A stretch of DNA of 64,000 nt from an uncultured bacterium. GTDB taxonomy: Bacteria; Chloroflexota; UBA5177; JANWHV01. Below are positions 1 through 9,772 of the stretch, piece after piece (the first letter of the stretch is position 1; every line of letters starts with the position of its first letter). The stretch covers positions 192,001 through 256,000 of the forward strand of contig CAWHAE010000016.1 of NCBI GenBank assembly GCA_963827235.1, read 5' to 3'. The notes below the pieces were generated by a model, which had not been told where the DNA came from, ran no database searches, and saw only the letters and a list, made by a program, of their open reading frames with translations. The position numbers and the translations under genes were made by a program.

Positions 1-336
1 CAGGCATACCGCGGCCAGGACACGGCTCAAGGGATCGTCGAGCCAGGATGGCGCCGAAGCGGGGACACCCACGACCCGCGCACGCGCGGCCCGCGGGCGT
101 CCAGCGAGCGCAGGTGCCAGGACGACGACCAGCCATATCGCCGCAAACGGCGCTCGGCCGTAACCAATCCGCATCGCCGACAGCAGAGCCATGCCGGCAG
201 CAACACCGCCACAGCCAAACAACCAGGCTGCCGACCAGCCCAGGACGCCGTTGAGCCCGACCAGGCGCGCACAGGGAATTCCCGCAACCAGGAGCAGCAC
301 CATGGCAAAGACGGCCGACGGCTCCGCGGCGTTCAT
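1..336 (-). CDS. Integral membrane protein, runs off the window edge (possibly a GT-C/ArnT-type glycosyltransferase)
   Basis: Manual translation MNAAEPSAVFAMVLLLVAGIPCARLVGLNGVLGWSAAWLFGCGGVAAGMALL... shows several hydrophobic segments; the ATG overlaps the TGA of the upstream gene (ATGA coupling). Confidence 0.65.
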   Translation of the reverse strand, partial: MNAAEPSAVFAMVLLLVAGIPCARLVGLNGVLGWSAAWLFGCGGVAAGMALLSAMRIGYGRAPFAAIWLVVVLAPALAGRPRAARARVVGVPASAPSWLDDPLSRVLAAVCL

Positions 337-842
337 CGACCCGCGCGGCCCGGCGTGACATACAGCGAGTAGTATGCGTCGGTGAGTCTGCCAAGTCCTG
401 CCGGAACGACCGCGGTGTCACTCGCCAGCAGGCAGGTCGCGTGGTGGGCGGACATGGCGGCACGAAGCTGGGCGGTATCTGCACGCCCGGTGGCCGGAAT
501 GTCGGCGTACGGCCAGAGCCGCCTGGGCAGCATGAGGAACGAGGCGCGCTGGTAGTCGTCCGTCCAGGCGTCACGATCGATCACGCAGACCGCAGACTGC
601 GGCAGGCGGGAATCGGCCAGTCGTACCGCGCGGTCGACCGCCGGGAGCCCAGGGTTGTACTGCGGCACCGGCACGAAGCCGCCGGTGGCCACCAGCGCGG
701 CGGGCGAGAAGAAGCGAAGCTCAACTACCAGCCGCCCGGCGTCGGCCGCGGCGGCAATCACCAGGACCAGCAGGGCGATCTGCCGGAAGCGGAGGCCCGG
801 GTTCCTTGGGGCCGCGGCGATGAGACGTTCCCGTTCAGCCAC
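333..842 (-). CDS. Hypothetical membrane-anchored protein
   Basis: 169 aa ORF with an N-terminal hydrophobic helix, translationally coupled to the downstream membrane gene. Confidence 0.6.
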   Translation of the reverse strand: MAERERLIAAAPRNPGLRFRQIALLVLVIAAAADAGRLVVELRFFSPAALVATGGFVPVPQYNPGLPAVDRAVRLADSRLPQSAVCVIDRDAWTDDYQRASFLMLPRRLWPYADIPATGRADTAQLRAAMSAHHATCLLASDTAVVPAGLGRLTDAYYSLYVTPGRAGR

Positions 843-944
843 GCTACACGCTTCAGCGTCACTATGAGGCTCCGGCCATCCAGACGGCGCAAACGGCAGG
901 CAGCCAACAACTCACCGGGCAATATAGCAGATCGACCGACGCGT

Positions 945-2939
945 CTAGCCGGCTGCGAGTGTGCGATGGCGGTACAGCCACGCCATGATCACGGCGACGT
1001 CCGCCGGAGTAACCCCGGCGATCCTTCCCGCCTGCCCCAGAGTGCCCGGACGGAAACGTGCCAGCTTCTCTCGGGCCTCGACGCGCAGATTGGGCACGGC
1101 CGAGATGTCGAAGCTGTCCGGTATCCTCGTGTCTTCCATACGGCGCGCCCTGGCCACCAACCGCTCCTGCTGTTCCAGGTAGCCTTCGTAGGCCGCGTGA
1201 ATCCAGACCGACTCTGCGACGTCGACCGGCAGATCGCGCAACTCCGAGTCCTGCAGGAATCGACGCAGCATGTCGTAGCGTCCCGCCGGGCGCCGAAGCA
1301 GATCCAGGGGGCTAGAGGGCATGTCGCCCGCCTGCGGAAAGGCGGCGGCAAACTCGTCCGCCCGCGCGCGATCCAGCCTGGTGCCGGCAAGGTGCCGCAA
1401 CGCTGACTCCCGCCGGGCGATGCGCGCGCGCGTGCGCTCATACTGCTCGCCAGACACGAGTCCCAGGGCGTGGCCGATCTCACCCAGACGTTCGCCTGCG
1501 TTGTCCTGGCGAAGCAGGAGCCGGTACTCCGCGCGAGACGTGTGCATGCGGTAAGGCTCCGTATGATCTTGAGAGACGAGGTCGTCGATCAGCACGCCCA
1601 CGTAGGCCTGGTCGCGCCGGAGCACGACCGCGGGCTCATCCACGCAGTACTGCGCCGCGTTGATGCCCGCCACCAGTCCTTGCGCCGCCGCCTCTTCGTA
1701 GCCGGACGTGCCGTTGATCTGTCCCGCCTGGAACAGTCCGCGCACCACTCTGCTCTCGAGGCTCGCGGACGTTTGGTGCGGCGGCACATAGTCGTATTCG
1801 ACGGCGTAGCCTGGGCGGAGCATGGTGCAGTGCCGCAACGCTGGGATACTGTGCAGCATATCGAGCTGCACGTCCTCCGGCAGGCTTGTGTTGGCGCCCT
1901 GCAAATACACCGAGTCGGTGTTCCAGCCTTCCGGCTCCAGGAAGAGCTGGTGGCTCTCCTTGTCGGCGAAACGCACGATCTTGGCCTCGATGGACGGGCA
2001 GTAGCGGGGCCCGATACCCTCGATCAGCCCGTTGAACATGGGCGCCCGGTGCAGGTTCTGCCGGATGATCCGGTGCGTCTCCGCCTCCGTGTAGATGAGG
2101 TGGCACGACAGTTGCCTGCGCCACTCTTGCTCGCCGCCGTTGCCGGGAGCGCTCGCCGCCGACCGCGGATCGGCCCAGAACAGATCGATGGCCGAGCGGT
2201 CACCATCCTCGGCTTGCTGGAACGCGATGCGCGCGTCTTCGCTGAAGAAGAGGGGGACCGAGCTGCCGGGCTGCTCGCGGCCCTGGGAGTACTCGATGGT
2301 ACGCCGATCGATGCGGGGCGGCGTACCAGTCTTGTGGCGGCCGAGCTCGATGCCAAGCTCTCGAAGCGCGCCGGAGAGGCCGAGGGCCGCCGCCTCGCCC
2401 ACCCGTCCGCCGCTTGAGACGCGCTCGCCGCAGATCAGCCTGCCGTTCAGCGACGTACCGGTGCAGAGCACGATCGCGGTGCAGGTCACCGTAGAGCCGC
2501 CGAGCAGGCGCACACCGGACACTGCAGGCGATCCGCGCCTGGAAGCAACGGCGATCGCCTCGACCGTACCCTCATGCAGATCAAGTCCCGGCTGGCTCAC
2601 GAGCACGCCGCGCATCACCGCGTTATATGCGTGCTTGTCCGACTGGACCCTCGGGGCCTGGACGGCTGGGCCCTTGCCGGTGTTGAGCATGCGAATCTGG
2701 ATGCTGGTGCGGTCGGCGTTGCGCGCCATCTCGCCGCCCAAAGCGTCGATCTCGCGCACCAGATGACCCTTGGCCGGACCGCCGATCGAAGGATTGCAGG
2801 GCATCAGCGCGACGTTGCGCATGTCGAGCGTCAATAGAAGCGTGCGGCGGCCCATGCGCGCCGCGGCGAGCGCAGCCTCACACCCGCCATGGCCGGCGCC
2901 TACCACCACCACGTCGTACGGCTTGGAGAGATCGATCAT
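945..2939 (-). CDS. mnmG: tRNA uridine-5-carboxymethylaminomethyl(34) synthesis enzyme MnmG/GidA
   Basis: YDVVVVGAGHGGCEAALAAAR, MPCNPSIGGPAKG, KTGTPPR, GPRYCPSIE and AGQINGTSGYEEAAAQG motifs; start placed at MIDLSKPY. Confidence 0.97.
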   Translation of the reverse strand: MIDLSKPYDVVVVGAGHGGCEAALAAARMGRRTLLLTLDMRNVALMPCNPSIGGPAKGHLVREIDALGGEMARNADRTSIQIRMLNTGKGPAVQAPRVQSDKHAYNAVMRGVLVSQPGLDLHEGTVEAIAVASRRGSPAVSGVRLLGGSTVTCTAIVLCTGTSLNGRLICGERVSSGGRVGEAAALGLSGALRELGIELGRHKTGTPPRIDRRTIEYSQGREQPGSSVPLFFSEDARIAFQQAEDGDRSAIDLFWADPRSAASAPGNGGEQEWRRQLSCHLIYTEAETHRIIRQNLHRAPMFNGLIEGIGPRYCPSIEAKIVRFADKESHQLFLEPEGWNTDSVYLQGANTSLPEDVQLDMLHSIPALRHCTMLRPGYAVEYDYVPPHQTSASLESRVVRGLFQAGQINGTSGYEEAAAQGLVAGINAAQYCVDEPAVVLRRDQAYVGVLIDDLVSQDHTEPYRMHTSRAEYRLLLRQDNAGERLGEIGHALGLVSGEQYERTRARIARRESALRHLAGTRLDRARADEFAAAFPQAGDMPSSPLDLLRRPAGRYDMLRRFLQDSELRDLPVDVAESVWIHAAYEGYLEQQERLVARARRMEDTRIPDSFDISAVPNLRVEAREKLARFRPGTLGQAGRIAGVTPADVAVIMAWLYRHRTLAAG

Positions 2940-3047
2940 CTTCACGTGATTCTGAACGAGGAACGGACACGAAGATGGTAGCACAGATAGCTGGAACTTC
3001 TGCACGGAGGCGCCGGGCGACCAGCGACTGGCGAAGCGCATGTCCCG

Positions 3048-4061
3048 CTAGAACGGCCGCCTCCCGCCGTTGCCCAGCGCCTGTGATGCGATTGTCGCGG
3101 ATCGCCCGCCCTCGTCACCCAGCAACCGCTCCGCCGTGAAGCGGTCGGTGATCAGCACGTTGATCCATCGACCGGTGAGCGCAGCCCGGATCGACTCCAG
3201 CTTGCGACTCCCGCCGGCAATGCCCACGGCGCGCTTCACGCGTTGCAGCTCCTCAAGGCCCATACTTATCACGCGCGCATCGAGGGGTGTAATGACGGGT
3301 GCGCCGGCCCGGTCGAAGAAATGCAGACAGATGTCGCCGACCGCTCCCCGCTCGCGCAGCAAGGCAAGCTCCGCCGGGGAGAAAACGTTGCCGCTACTGG
3401 CCAGCAGCTTTGACGGCTCCAGGGCCCCGATACCCACCAACGCCATGGTGACTCGGCCAAACAGATCCAGCGTCGGCCAGACATACGGGTCTTTGAGTAG
3501 CACGTCCCTCGATTCGGCCGACCCTGCTACGCCCGGTACAGGCAGCAATATGCCCTCACCGTGCACCAGCCGGGCAAGGCGCTGGGTCAGGCTATTGGCG
3601 TGCACCTCCGCCGCCGGATTGCCCACGCCGCCGAGAATCTGCACTACCTGCGCGTGCACGGACGCGGTCAGCGGATGCATGGCATCGACCATGGCGAGCA
3701 AGGTCGCGCTCCAGGAGGAGATGCCGACGATCTCACCATCCTTGAGCGTGGTTTCCAGGTAGTAAGCGGCCGCCGCGCCGATATCGCGCAGGATCTGCGC
3801 GTCGTCGTCGACCGAGTCGACCACGATGGCTCGCTTGAGACCGAATGCAGCCTGCAGGGACTCCTCCACCTCTGGAAAGGCGCCGAGGGGCACCCGCACG
3901 GTAATACGCACGATCCCCTCCTCCCGGGCACGCTTCAAGAGCCGCGACACGGTCGCCTGAGACAGGTCCAGCTGTGTGGCGATCTGGGACTGACCCAGGC
4001 CATGCTCATGATAGAGTCGCGCCACAGTACTCAGAAGGCGGAGTTCATCTACGCGAGCCAT
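3048..4061 (-). CDS. SorC/LsrR-family sugar-binding transcriptional regulator
   Basis: MARVDELRLLSTVARLYHEHGLGQSQIATQLDLSQATVSRLL HTH, GISSWSATL, AVGDICLHFFD and IAGGSRK...LITD sugar-binding domain. Confidence 0.93.
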   Translation of the reverse strand: MARVDELRLLSTVARLYHEHGLGQSQIATQLDLSQATVSRLLKRAREEGIVRITVRVPLGAFPEVEESLQAAFGLKRAIVVDSVDDDAQILRDIGAAAAYYLETTLKDGEIVGISSWSATLLAMVDAMHPLTASVHAQVVQILGGVGNPAAEVHANSLTQRLARLVHGEGILLPVPGVAGSAESRDVLLKDPYVWPTLDLFGRVTMALVGIGALEPSKLLASSGNVFSPAELALLRERGAVGDICLHFFDRAGAPVITPLDARVISMGLEELQRVKRAVGIAGGSRKLESIRAALTGRWINVLITDRFTAERLLGDEGGRSATIASQALGNGGRRPF

Positions 4062-4198
4062 TATCGATCCCTGGTGATCAGACGGCCACTCAGCCAAATT
4101 GCCGATAGGAGCTAGGGTACCTCTTTGGGCAGTGCGGAACCACAGGCGCGGAACAGGGAGGATGCACGCACCGGCCGCGCGTCGCTCGATGGTTGCCC

Positions 4199-5056
4199 TC
4201 AGGCCTTGATCGCCCCACCCAGCAAGCCGCTGATCAGGTAGCGCTGCAAGAACATGTACACAACCAAGAGCGGAATGACCCCGAGCACGATGCCTGCGCT
4301 CAACTGGGTGTAGCTGCCCGAGAACTGATTGAAGAAGTTCAGCAGTCCGAGCGGTAGGGTGTGCACGTCCGCATTGGGCAGGAGCACCAGCGCCATCAGG
4401 AACTCGTTCCACGTCGCCACGACATCCAGGATGCACAGCGTAGCGAGGGCCGGAACGATCAGCGGAAGGACGACACGCACGAACACGATGAGCTCGCCGG
4501 CGCCGTCGACGCGGGCAGCTTCCATCAGCTCGCCCGGAATGAGCCGCATGAAGCCGCGCAGCACGAAGACCTGGAATGGGATGCCGAAAGCGAGATACGG
4601 ACCCAATAGCGCCCACAGCGAACCCAGCAGGCCAAGGTTGCGATCGATCACAAACAGCGGCAACAGCGCGACATGGACTGGAACGGCCAGCCCGGCCACG
4701 AAGTAGATAAAGAAGACGCCGCTCAGGCGAAATCGCATCTTGGCCAGCGGGTATGCAGCAAGTGCCGAGACCAGCAAGCCGAGCGGCACCTTGACGACCG
4801 TTATCAACGCGCTGTTCTTGTAGGTCGTGCCGAAGTCCCCGGTCTGCCACGCATCGGAGAAGTTGGCCAAGCGCAGCGAGTGCGGAAAGCTGAACACACC
4901 TCGAGTCAGGAAGTCCGGATCCGACCGTAGAGCCGTGGAGACCAGAATGATCATCGGGAACATGAACACCAGCGCCAGCAGGCCGAAACCTGCGGCAAAG
5001 GCCGCATTCACCATTCCCTTTCGCCGCTGGCGTGCGTGGAGCTGCTGCATAATCAT
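4199..5056 (-). CDS. Carbohydrate ABC transporter permease (MalG-like)
   Basis: EAA loop ELMEAARVDGAG, WNEFL, C-terminal FLQRYLISGLLGGAIKA; GAGGA RBS. Confidence 0.95.
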   Translation of the reverse strand: MIMQQLHARQRRKGMVNAAFAAGFGLLALVFMFPMIILVSTALRSDPDFLTRGVFSFPHSLRLANFSDAWQTGDFGTTYKNSALITVVKVPLGLLVSALAAYPLAKMRFRLSGVFFIYFVAGLAVPVHVALLPLFVIDRNLGLLGSLWALLGPYLAFGIPFQVFVLRGFMRLIPGELMEAARVDGAGELIVFVRVVLPLIVPALATLCILDVVATWNEFLMALVLLPNADVHTLPLGLLNFFNQFSGSYTQLSAGIVLGVIPLLVVYMFLQRYLISGLLGGAIKA

Positions 5057-5104
5057 CAATGCATTCCTCGTGCGCCCAGCGCGAGACTTCGGTGCTGCAT
5101 GGTG

Positions 5105-6049
5105 CTAGACTCCACTTCGCCGGGTCATCACCCGCAGGTACGGTATGGTCACGACCAACGAGATGAGCGCGATGACCCAAGCAAGTGCCGATCCATAGCC
5201 TGCGTGATAGAACTGGAACGTGTTGAAATACATCCAGCTGGCGAGAACTTGCGTGGCCTGGCCGGGGCCGCCGTAGGTCATCGCGTAAATGAGGTCAAAG
5301 ACCTTGAACGACCCAATGACGCCCAGAGTGACCACGATAATGTGCGTCTCCGTCAGCCACGGCAGCGTGATATGCCAGAACCGCTGCCAAGCGTTCGCGC
5401 CATCGACCCGTGCTGCCTCGAATTGCTCCTCCGGGATACTCTGCAAGCCAGCCAGGTAGAGCACCATGGGGAAGCCCAAGCTTTGCCAGACCGCGGCGGC
5501 CATCACCGAGGGAAGCGCGAGACTCGGTGAGCCGAGCCAAGGTTGAGCGAGGCCGCCCAGGTGAATGGTGCGCAGGAAGGTGTTGATCAGCCCGACGTTC
5601 GGGTCGTACATCCACGACCAGAGCCCGGCGACTCCGACGAGTGGCAGAATGCCCGGGGCGTAGAAGATAGAGCGATAGAGTGTCCTGCCGGGAAAGCGGC
5701 GGTTCAGGCCCAGGGCCAGCAGAAGGCCGAGGATCGTGGGCACGACCAAGGTGACGGCTGTCCAGCTGAGATTGTTCTCAAAAGCCGTGATCGCGACCGG
5801 GTCGTTGAAGATGTGCTGGTAGTTCTTGAAGCCGACAAAGGAGCTGGTAGGGGAGAGGCCATCCCAGTTCGTGAAGCTGATCGACAGCGAGTCAAACATG
5901 GGATAGACGACGAAGACCGAATAGATGACCAAGGCGGGAAGCATGAACACATACGGCAAGCTCGCCGGGCGCAACCGGCCAAGTCTGCGGAACCACGTCG
6001 CCCGACTCTGCGCTGCCGCCACCGGCGCACCGGCGCCCCCCTGTGCCAC
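5105..6049 (-). CDS. Carbohydrate ABC transporter permease (MalF-like)
   Basis: SFTNWDGL, FVGFKNY, YLAGLQSIPEEQFEAARVDGA, MTYGGPG motifs. Confidence 0.95.
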   Translation of the reverse strand: MAQGGAGAPVAAAQSRATWFRRLGRLRPASLPYVFMLPALVIYSVFVVYPMFDSLSISFTNWDGLSPTSSFVGFKNYQHIFNDPVAITAFENNLSWTAVTLVVPTILGLLLALGLNRRFPGRTLYRSIFYAPGILPLVGVAGLWSWMYDPNVGLINTFLRTIHLGGLAQPWLGSPSLALPSVMAAAVWQSLGFPMVLYLAGLQSIPEEQFEAARVDGANAWQRFWHITLPWLTETHIIVVTLGVIGSFKVFDLIYAMTYGGPGQATQVLASWMYFNTFQFYHAGYGSALAWVIALISLVVTIPYLRVMTRRSGV

Positions 6050-6205
6050 CTGTTGCCTCCAGTCGCTCCTACCCTGCGTGATCGTCTTCGCGGCTGCGGC
6101 TGTAGACCCGCGCGCCCGCCTTCTTTACCAGAGTACGCTAGTACCACAGGTGCCGCACGCGGGCCGGCCGGGCCGACGCCAAGCTGCAGCCACGTACCGC
6201 AAGCG

Positions 6206-6239
6206 GGAGCGGCGCTTCCGGAACGAAGCACCGCTCCCC
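6206..6239 (-). terminator. Stem-loop between the binding-protein and permease genes (mRNA stabiliser or partial terminator)
   Basis: GGGAGCGGCGCTTC-cggaac-GAAGCACCGCTCCC imperfect inverted repeat just after the binding-protein stop. Confidence 0.5.
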
Positions 6240-6253
6240 GACCCGAAGTGCAC

Positions 6254-7528
6254 CTACTGCGAGAGCTGTGACACCCCTTGCTGCATCTGCTGAGCCGCGC
6301 TCTGCGCGGTAGTGGAACCCGCCGCGACGGCGGACTGCAGCCGGAAGAAGGTCGTGCTCATGAACTCGGCCGGGAAGGCCTGGTCCATGATCGTGTACGT
6401 GGAGTACTTGCTCGTAAGCTTCGCGTACTGGTTCGCCAACGGATTGGTTGACGCGCTGGGCATTGCGCCCTTGGTAGCGCTGGAACCATCGACGGCATAG
6501 TACTTCACCTGCGTCGCCGGCTGGATCCACCAGTTGAGGAACTCGGCGGCCTCGGCGGCGTGTTTCGACTGGCTAGAAATCATGAACTGCTCGGCGAAGC
6601 CGTCGAGCCGTGCCGGCTTCTGGTCGGTCGGCGGCGCGAAGAATCCTACCTGCTTGTCCGTCAGTCCGGCCGACGTCACATTCGTGGTAAGCCAGTCACC
6701 TTCAGGTACCATGGCTACCTTGCCCTGGTAGAATAGGTTCTCAGCCTGCGTAGGTGTGACACCCATGTATCCCGAGGGAAGCCAGCCGTTGTCGGTCCAC
6801 TTCTTGAGCAGAGCGAAGGCGGCAACTACCTGCGGGCTGTTCCAGCTTGCCTTGCCGAGCAGCAGCTGATCGTGCAGCGTCGCGCCGGCTGTGTGCTCGA
6901 GGAAGAAGTCGAACACGCGCATGATATGCCAGCCGTAGACGCCGGCCGCCGACAGGCAGGGGATCTGGTGCGTCTTCAGCGTGCCGCAGAGGCTCTCGAG
7001 CTGGGCAAAGGTGGTGGGCACCGCCAGCCCGTACTTGCTGAAGATGTCCTTACGATAGTAGAACGTGATCGTGCGTTGGTCGATAGGTGCGCCCCAGACT
7101 GAGCTGTGGCGGGTAATCAGCCCCACAGCGGAGGGCAGAAGCAGCTTGTTCCAGCCGTACTTCTTGTAGTAGGACGTGAGATCGAGGGCGGAGTGGGCAT
7201 CAATGAACGGTCCGGAGAGCGTGCCGCCCCACATCGTGAACAGATCCGGAGCTCGTCCGCCGGCGATGTCGGTGCGCAGTTGATTCGGGAACGTCGCTGC
7301 TCCCGTGCCGGCTACCGTGTTCTGCGTGATGGTGATGCCCGGATGTGAGCTCTCGAAGTCCTTGATCGCGCCATTGAAGAGCTTGGCCTGGTCACTCGAA
7401 TACCAGGTGAGAAACGTCAGGTTCACCGAATCCGCCCTGGCTGCCCGTGGAAGAGCGCCAAGCCCGGAAGTGCCAACCAGACCGGCAATGAGCAAGACGG
7501 CCGTGAGCCATCGCTTGGTCAGTCGCAT
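6254..7528 (-). CDS. CUT1-family ABC transporter substrate-binding protein
   Basis: Signal peptide, FESSHPGITI, PDLFTMWGG, FYYRKDIFSKYGL.VPTTF, FYQGKVAM motifs. Confidence 0.93.
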   Translation of the reverse strand: MRLTKRWLTAVLLIAGLVGTSGLGALPRAARADSVNLTFLTWYSSDQAKLFNGAIKDFESSHPGITITQNTVAGTGAATFPNQLRTDIAGGRAPDLFTMWGGTLSGPFIDAHSALDLTSYYKKYGWNKLLLPSAVGLITRHSSVWGAPIDQRTITFYYRKDIFSKYGLAVPTTFAQLESLCGTLKTHQIPCLSAAGVYGWHIMRVFDFFLEHTAGATLHDQLLLGKASWNSPQVVAAFALLKKWTDNGWLPSGYMGVTPTQAENLFYQGKVAMVPEGDWLTTNVTSAGLTDKQVGFFAPPTDQKPARLDGFAEQFMISSQSKHAAEAAEFLNWWIQPATQVKYYAVDGSSATKGAMPSASTNPLANQYAKLTSKYSTYTIMDQAFPAEFMSTTFFRLQSAVAAGSTTAQSAAQQMQQGVSQLSQ

Positions 7529-7630
7529 CGGTTCGATCTCCTAACAATACTAGTCGGAACCCGGAAGGTCCTTCATCGATAAGGCCGGCCACCTTCATCT
7601 CACTGGTCCTGAACACACCTCCCTTGCTCT

Positions 7631-7642
7631 GAATAAACATTC
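7631..7642. promoter_or_regulatory. Candidate operator (GAAT-N4-ATTC dyad) in the leader of the transporter operon
   Basis: GAATAAACATTC, similar to GAATACCTATTC at 7849-7860. Confidence 0.5.
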
Positions 7643-7675
7643 TCCATTACGTGGTTATGCTTGAAGACTGCGAGG

Positions 7676-7705
7676 ACTATAGCATGGTGCGGAGCGATCT
7701 GTCAA
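7676..7705 (-). promoter_or_regulatory. Sigma70-type promoter of the transporter/regulator operon
   Basis: Minus strand TTGACA-18 bp-TATAGT with an extended TGn. Confidence 0.8.
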
Positions 7706-7791
7706 GCTATCCGGCGGCCGGGCCGCCTGTTTCTCCTACCGCGTGGCGCCCGCCACCCTCAGAAACGGTCGCCGCCCTGGAGGCGTTCCCC

Positions 7792-7821
7792 TTGACAAGC
7801 CCGCCGGTTCAATGCTATCGT
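7792..7821 (+). promoter_or_regulatory. Sigma70-type promoter of the catabolic operon
   Basis: TTGACA-18 bp-TATCGT with an extended TGn. Confidence 0.75.
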
Positions 7822-7830
7822 CTGAAGCCA

Positions 7831-7860
7831 GAATGTAGTTTCTACTAAGAATACCTATTC
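7831..7860. promoter_or_regulatory. Candidate tandem operator sites downstream of the catabolic promoter
   Basis: GAATGTAGTTTC (7831-7842) and the dyad GAATACCTATTC (7849-7860). Confidence 0.5.
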
Positions 7861-7979
7861 ACGACAGTGCAAGGAGGTCGCTGCGTACACGGCCGGCGGC
7901 GAGACACCGCAGCGGCGTGCACCGAACAAGCGATCGAGCGGTCTGAAAGCGCAACGCCCACTTCGTAGGAGGTGCCGAC

Positions 7980-8825
7980 ATGAGCAGTACTGTAAGCGAC
8001 GCCACGGACGATGAGCTGCTCCGCGCCGAAGCGTCGGCGATCAGACGGCAGAGCTTGCAGATGGTCCACAGCGCTCGCCTGGGCCATCCCGGCAGCGACA
8101 TGTCGGCCATCGACATACTCACCACCCTGTACTTTCGCGTCCTCAACGTCGATCCCGCGCGGCCGCGCATGCCTGCACGCGACCGGTTCATCATGAGTAA
8201 GGGGCACGCATCGGCCTCCTTCTACGCCACGCTGGCACGCGCCGGATTCTTTCCCGAGCAGGACCTCCTGACATACATGCAACCGGGCTCCGCGCTGAGC
8301 GGCCACCCGCACAACGGCATCGTACCCGGCGTCGAAGCCAGCACGGGTCCACTCGGACACGGCCTGCCGATTGGCGTTGGCGCGGCGCTGTCCGCCAAGC
8401 TCGACGGGGCATCGTGGCGGGTGTTCGTGCTCACCGGCGACGGGGAGTTGCAGGAAGGCAGCAACTGGGAAGCCGCGATGTCAGCTGCACACTACGAGCT
8501 GGACAACCTCGTCCTGATCGTCGACCGCAATCGCCTGCAGCAGGGTGCGGAAACCGAGCGCACCACGCGACTGGAGCCGCTCGCCGACAAGTGGCGGGCG
8601 TTCGGATGGGCTGTGCGCGAGACTGACGGACACGACTATGCGTCGCTGCGGGAGGTGCTGAGTAAGGTTCCCTTCGAGCTCAAACGTCCGAACTGCCTGA
8701 TCGCCCACACGCACAAAGGTCAGGGCGTCTCTTTCATGAAGGACCAGATCGGCTGGCATCATCGCATACCGACGGACGAAGAGCTGGAGCGTGCGCTGCG
8801 CGAGCTGGAAGGAGCGAAGCGTTGA
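7980..8825 (+). CDS. Transketolase N-terminal subunit (apulose-4-phosphate transketolase A-like)
   Basis: GHPGSDMS, RDRFIMSKGH, STGPLGHGL, ThDP motif GDGELQEGSNWEA, WHHRIP; AGGAGGT RBS. Confidence 0.93.
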   Translation: MSSTVSDATDDELLRAEASAIRRQSLQMVHSARLGHPGSDMSAIDILTTLYFRVLNVDPARPRMPARDRFIMSKGHASASFYATLARAGFFPEQDLLTYMQPGSALSGHPHNGIVPGVEASTGPLGHGLPIGVGAALSAKLDGASWRVFVLTGDGELQEGSNWEAAMSAAHYELDNLVLIVDRNRLQQGAETERTTRLEPLADKWRAFGWAVRETDGHDYASLREVLSKVPFELKRPNCLIAHTHKGQGVSFMKDQIGWHHRIPTDEELERALRELEGAKR

Positions 8826-9772
8826 ACGACGTGCTGTACGATTGCCGCGATGCATTCTCCAGGACGCTCGCGGAGATTGCCCAGACCGATAAGCGAATCG
8901 TCGCTGTGGTCAATGATTCCGTGGGCTCCAGCAAGCTCGGGGAGTTTCGCAAGCAGTTTCCCGATCGACTGATCAACGTTGGCATCGCCGAACAGACGAT
9001 GATAGGCGTTGCCGCGGGTCTCGCCAACGGAGGCAAGATCCCATTCGTCTGCGGGGCCTCCTGTTTCCTGACTGCCAGAGCATTGGAGCAGATCAAGGCC
9101 GACCTGGCTTACTCGAACGCGCAAGTGACGCTCTGCGGCATCAGCAGCGGCCTGGCCTACGGCGAGCTCGGTCCGACGCATCACTCCATAGAGGATCTCG
9201 CCTGGACCAGGGCAATTGCCAACATGACAGTCATTGTTCCCGCGGATCCTCCCGAAACAGAGCAGGCGGTCCGCGCGGCAGCACAACTGGATGGACCGGT
9301 CTTCCTCCGTTTGAGCCGCATGCACGTGCCGATCGTGCACGCACCCGACTATCGATTCTCGATCGGGCGGGCCGCGACTCTGCGTACGGGAGGCGATGTC
9401 ACCCTCGTGGCTGCCGGTATCATGGTGACGCGCGCGCTGGACGCCGCAGATCTGCTGGCAGCGCGCGGGATCAACGCACGCGTGCTGAACATGGCCACCG
9501 TCCGTCCCATCGACCGAAACGCACTCATCGCCGCGGCGAGGGAAACCGGCGCCATCGTCACCGCGGAGGAGCACACGACGTTTGGCGGCCTCGGCAGCGC
9601 CGTGGCCGAGGTCGTGGTAACAGCGGTTCCCGTACCCATGCGAATCCTTGGCATACCGGGTGTATTCGCCCCGACCGGCTCGGCGGAGTGGCTGCTGAGC
9701 CACTTCGGTCTCACAGCGCAGGGTATTGCCGAGGCCGCGCTCGAGATACTTGGCTCGCGGGTGGTGAATTGA
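8822..9772 (+). CDS. Transketolase C-terminal subunit (apulose-4-phosphate transketolase B-like)
   Basis: NVGIAEQ, RALEQIK, GPTHHSIED, TAEEH..GGLGSAV; overlaps the upstream stop. Confidence 0.93.
   Translation: MNDVLYDCRDAFSRTLAEIAQTDKRIVAVVNDSVGSSKLGEFRKQFPDRLINVGIAEQTMIGVAAGLANGGKIPFVCGASCFLTARALEQIKADLAYSNAQVTLCGISSGLAYGELGPTHHSIEDLAWTRAIANMTVIVPADPPETEQAVRAAAQLDGPVFLRLSRMHVPIVHAPDYRFSIGRAATLRTGGDVTLVAAGIMVTRALDAADLLAARGINARVLNMATVRPIDRNALIAAARETGAIVTAEEHTTFGGLGSAVAEVVVTAVPVPMRILGIPGVFAPTGSAEWLLSHFGLTAQGIAEAALEILGSRVVN

Noticed and set aside
3048-5180. 710-aa ORF apparently fusing a long N-terminus to the SorC regulator
   Set aside because: The extension is an alternative frame over the permease gene; the regulator starts at 4061.
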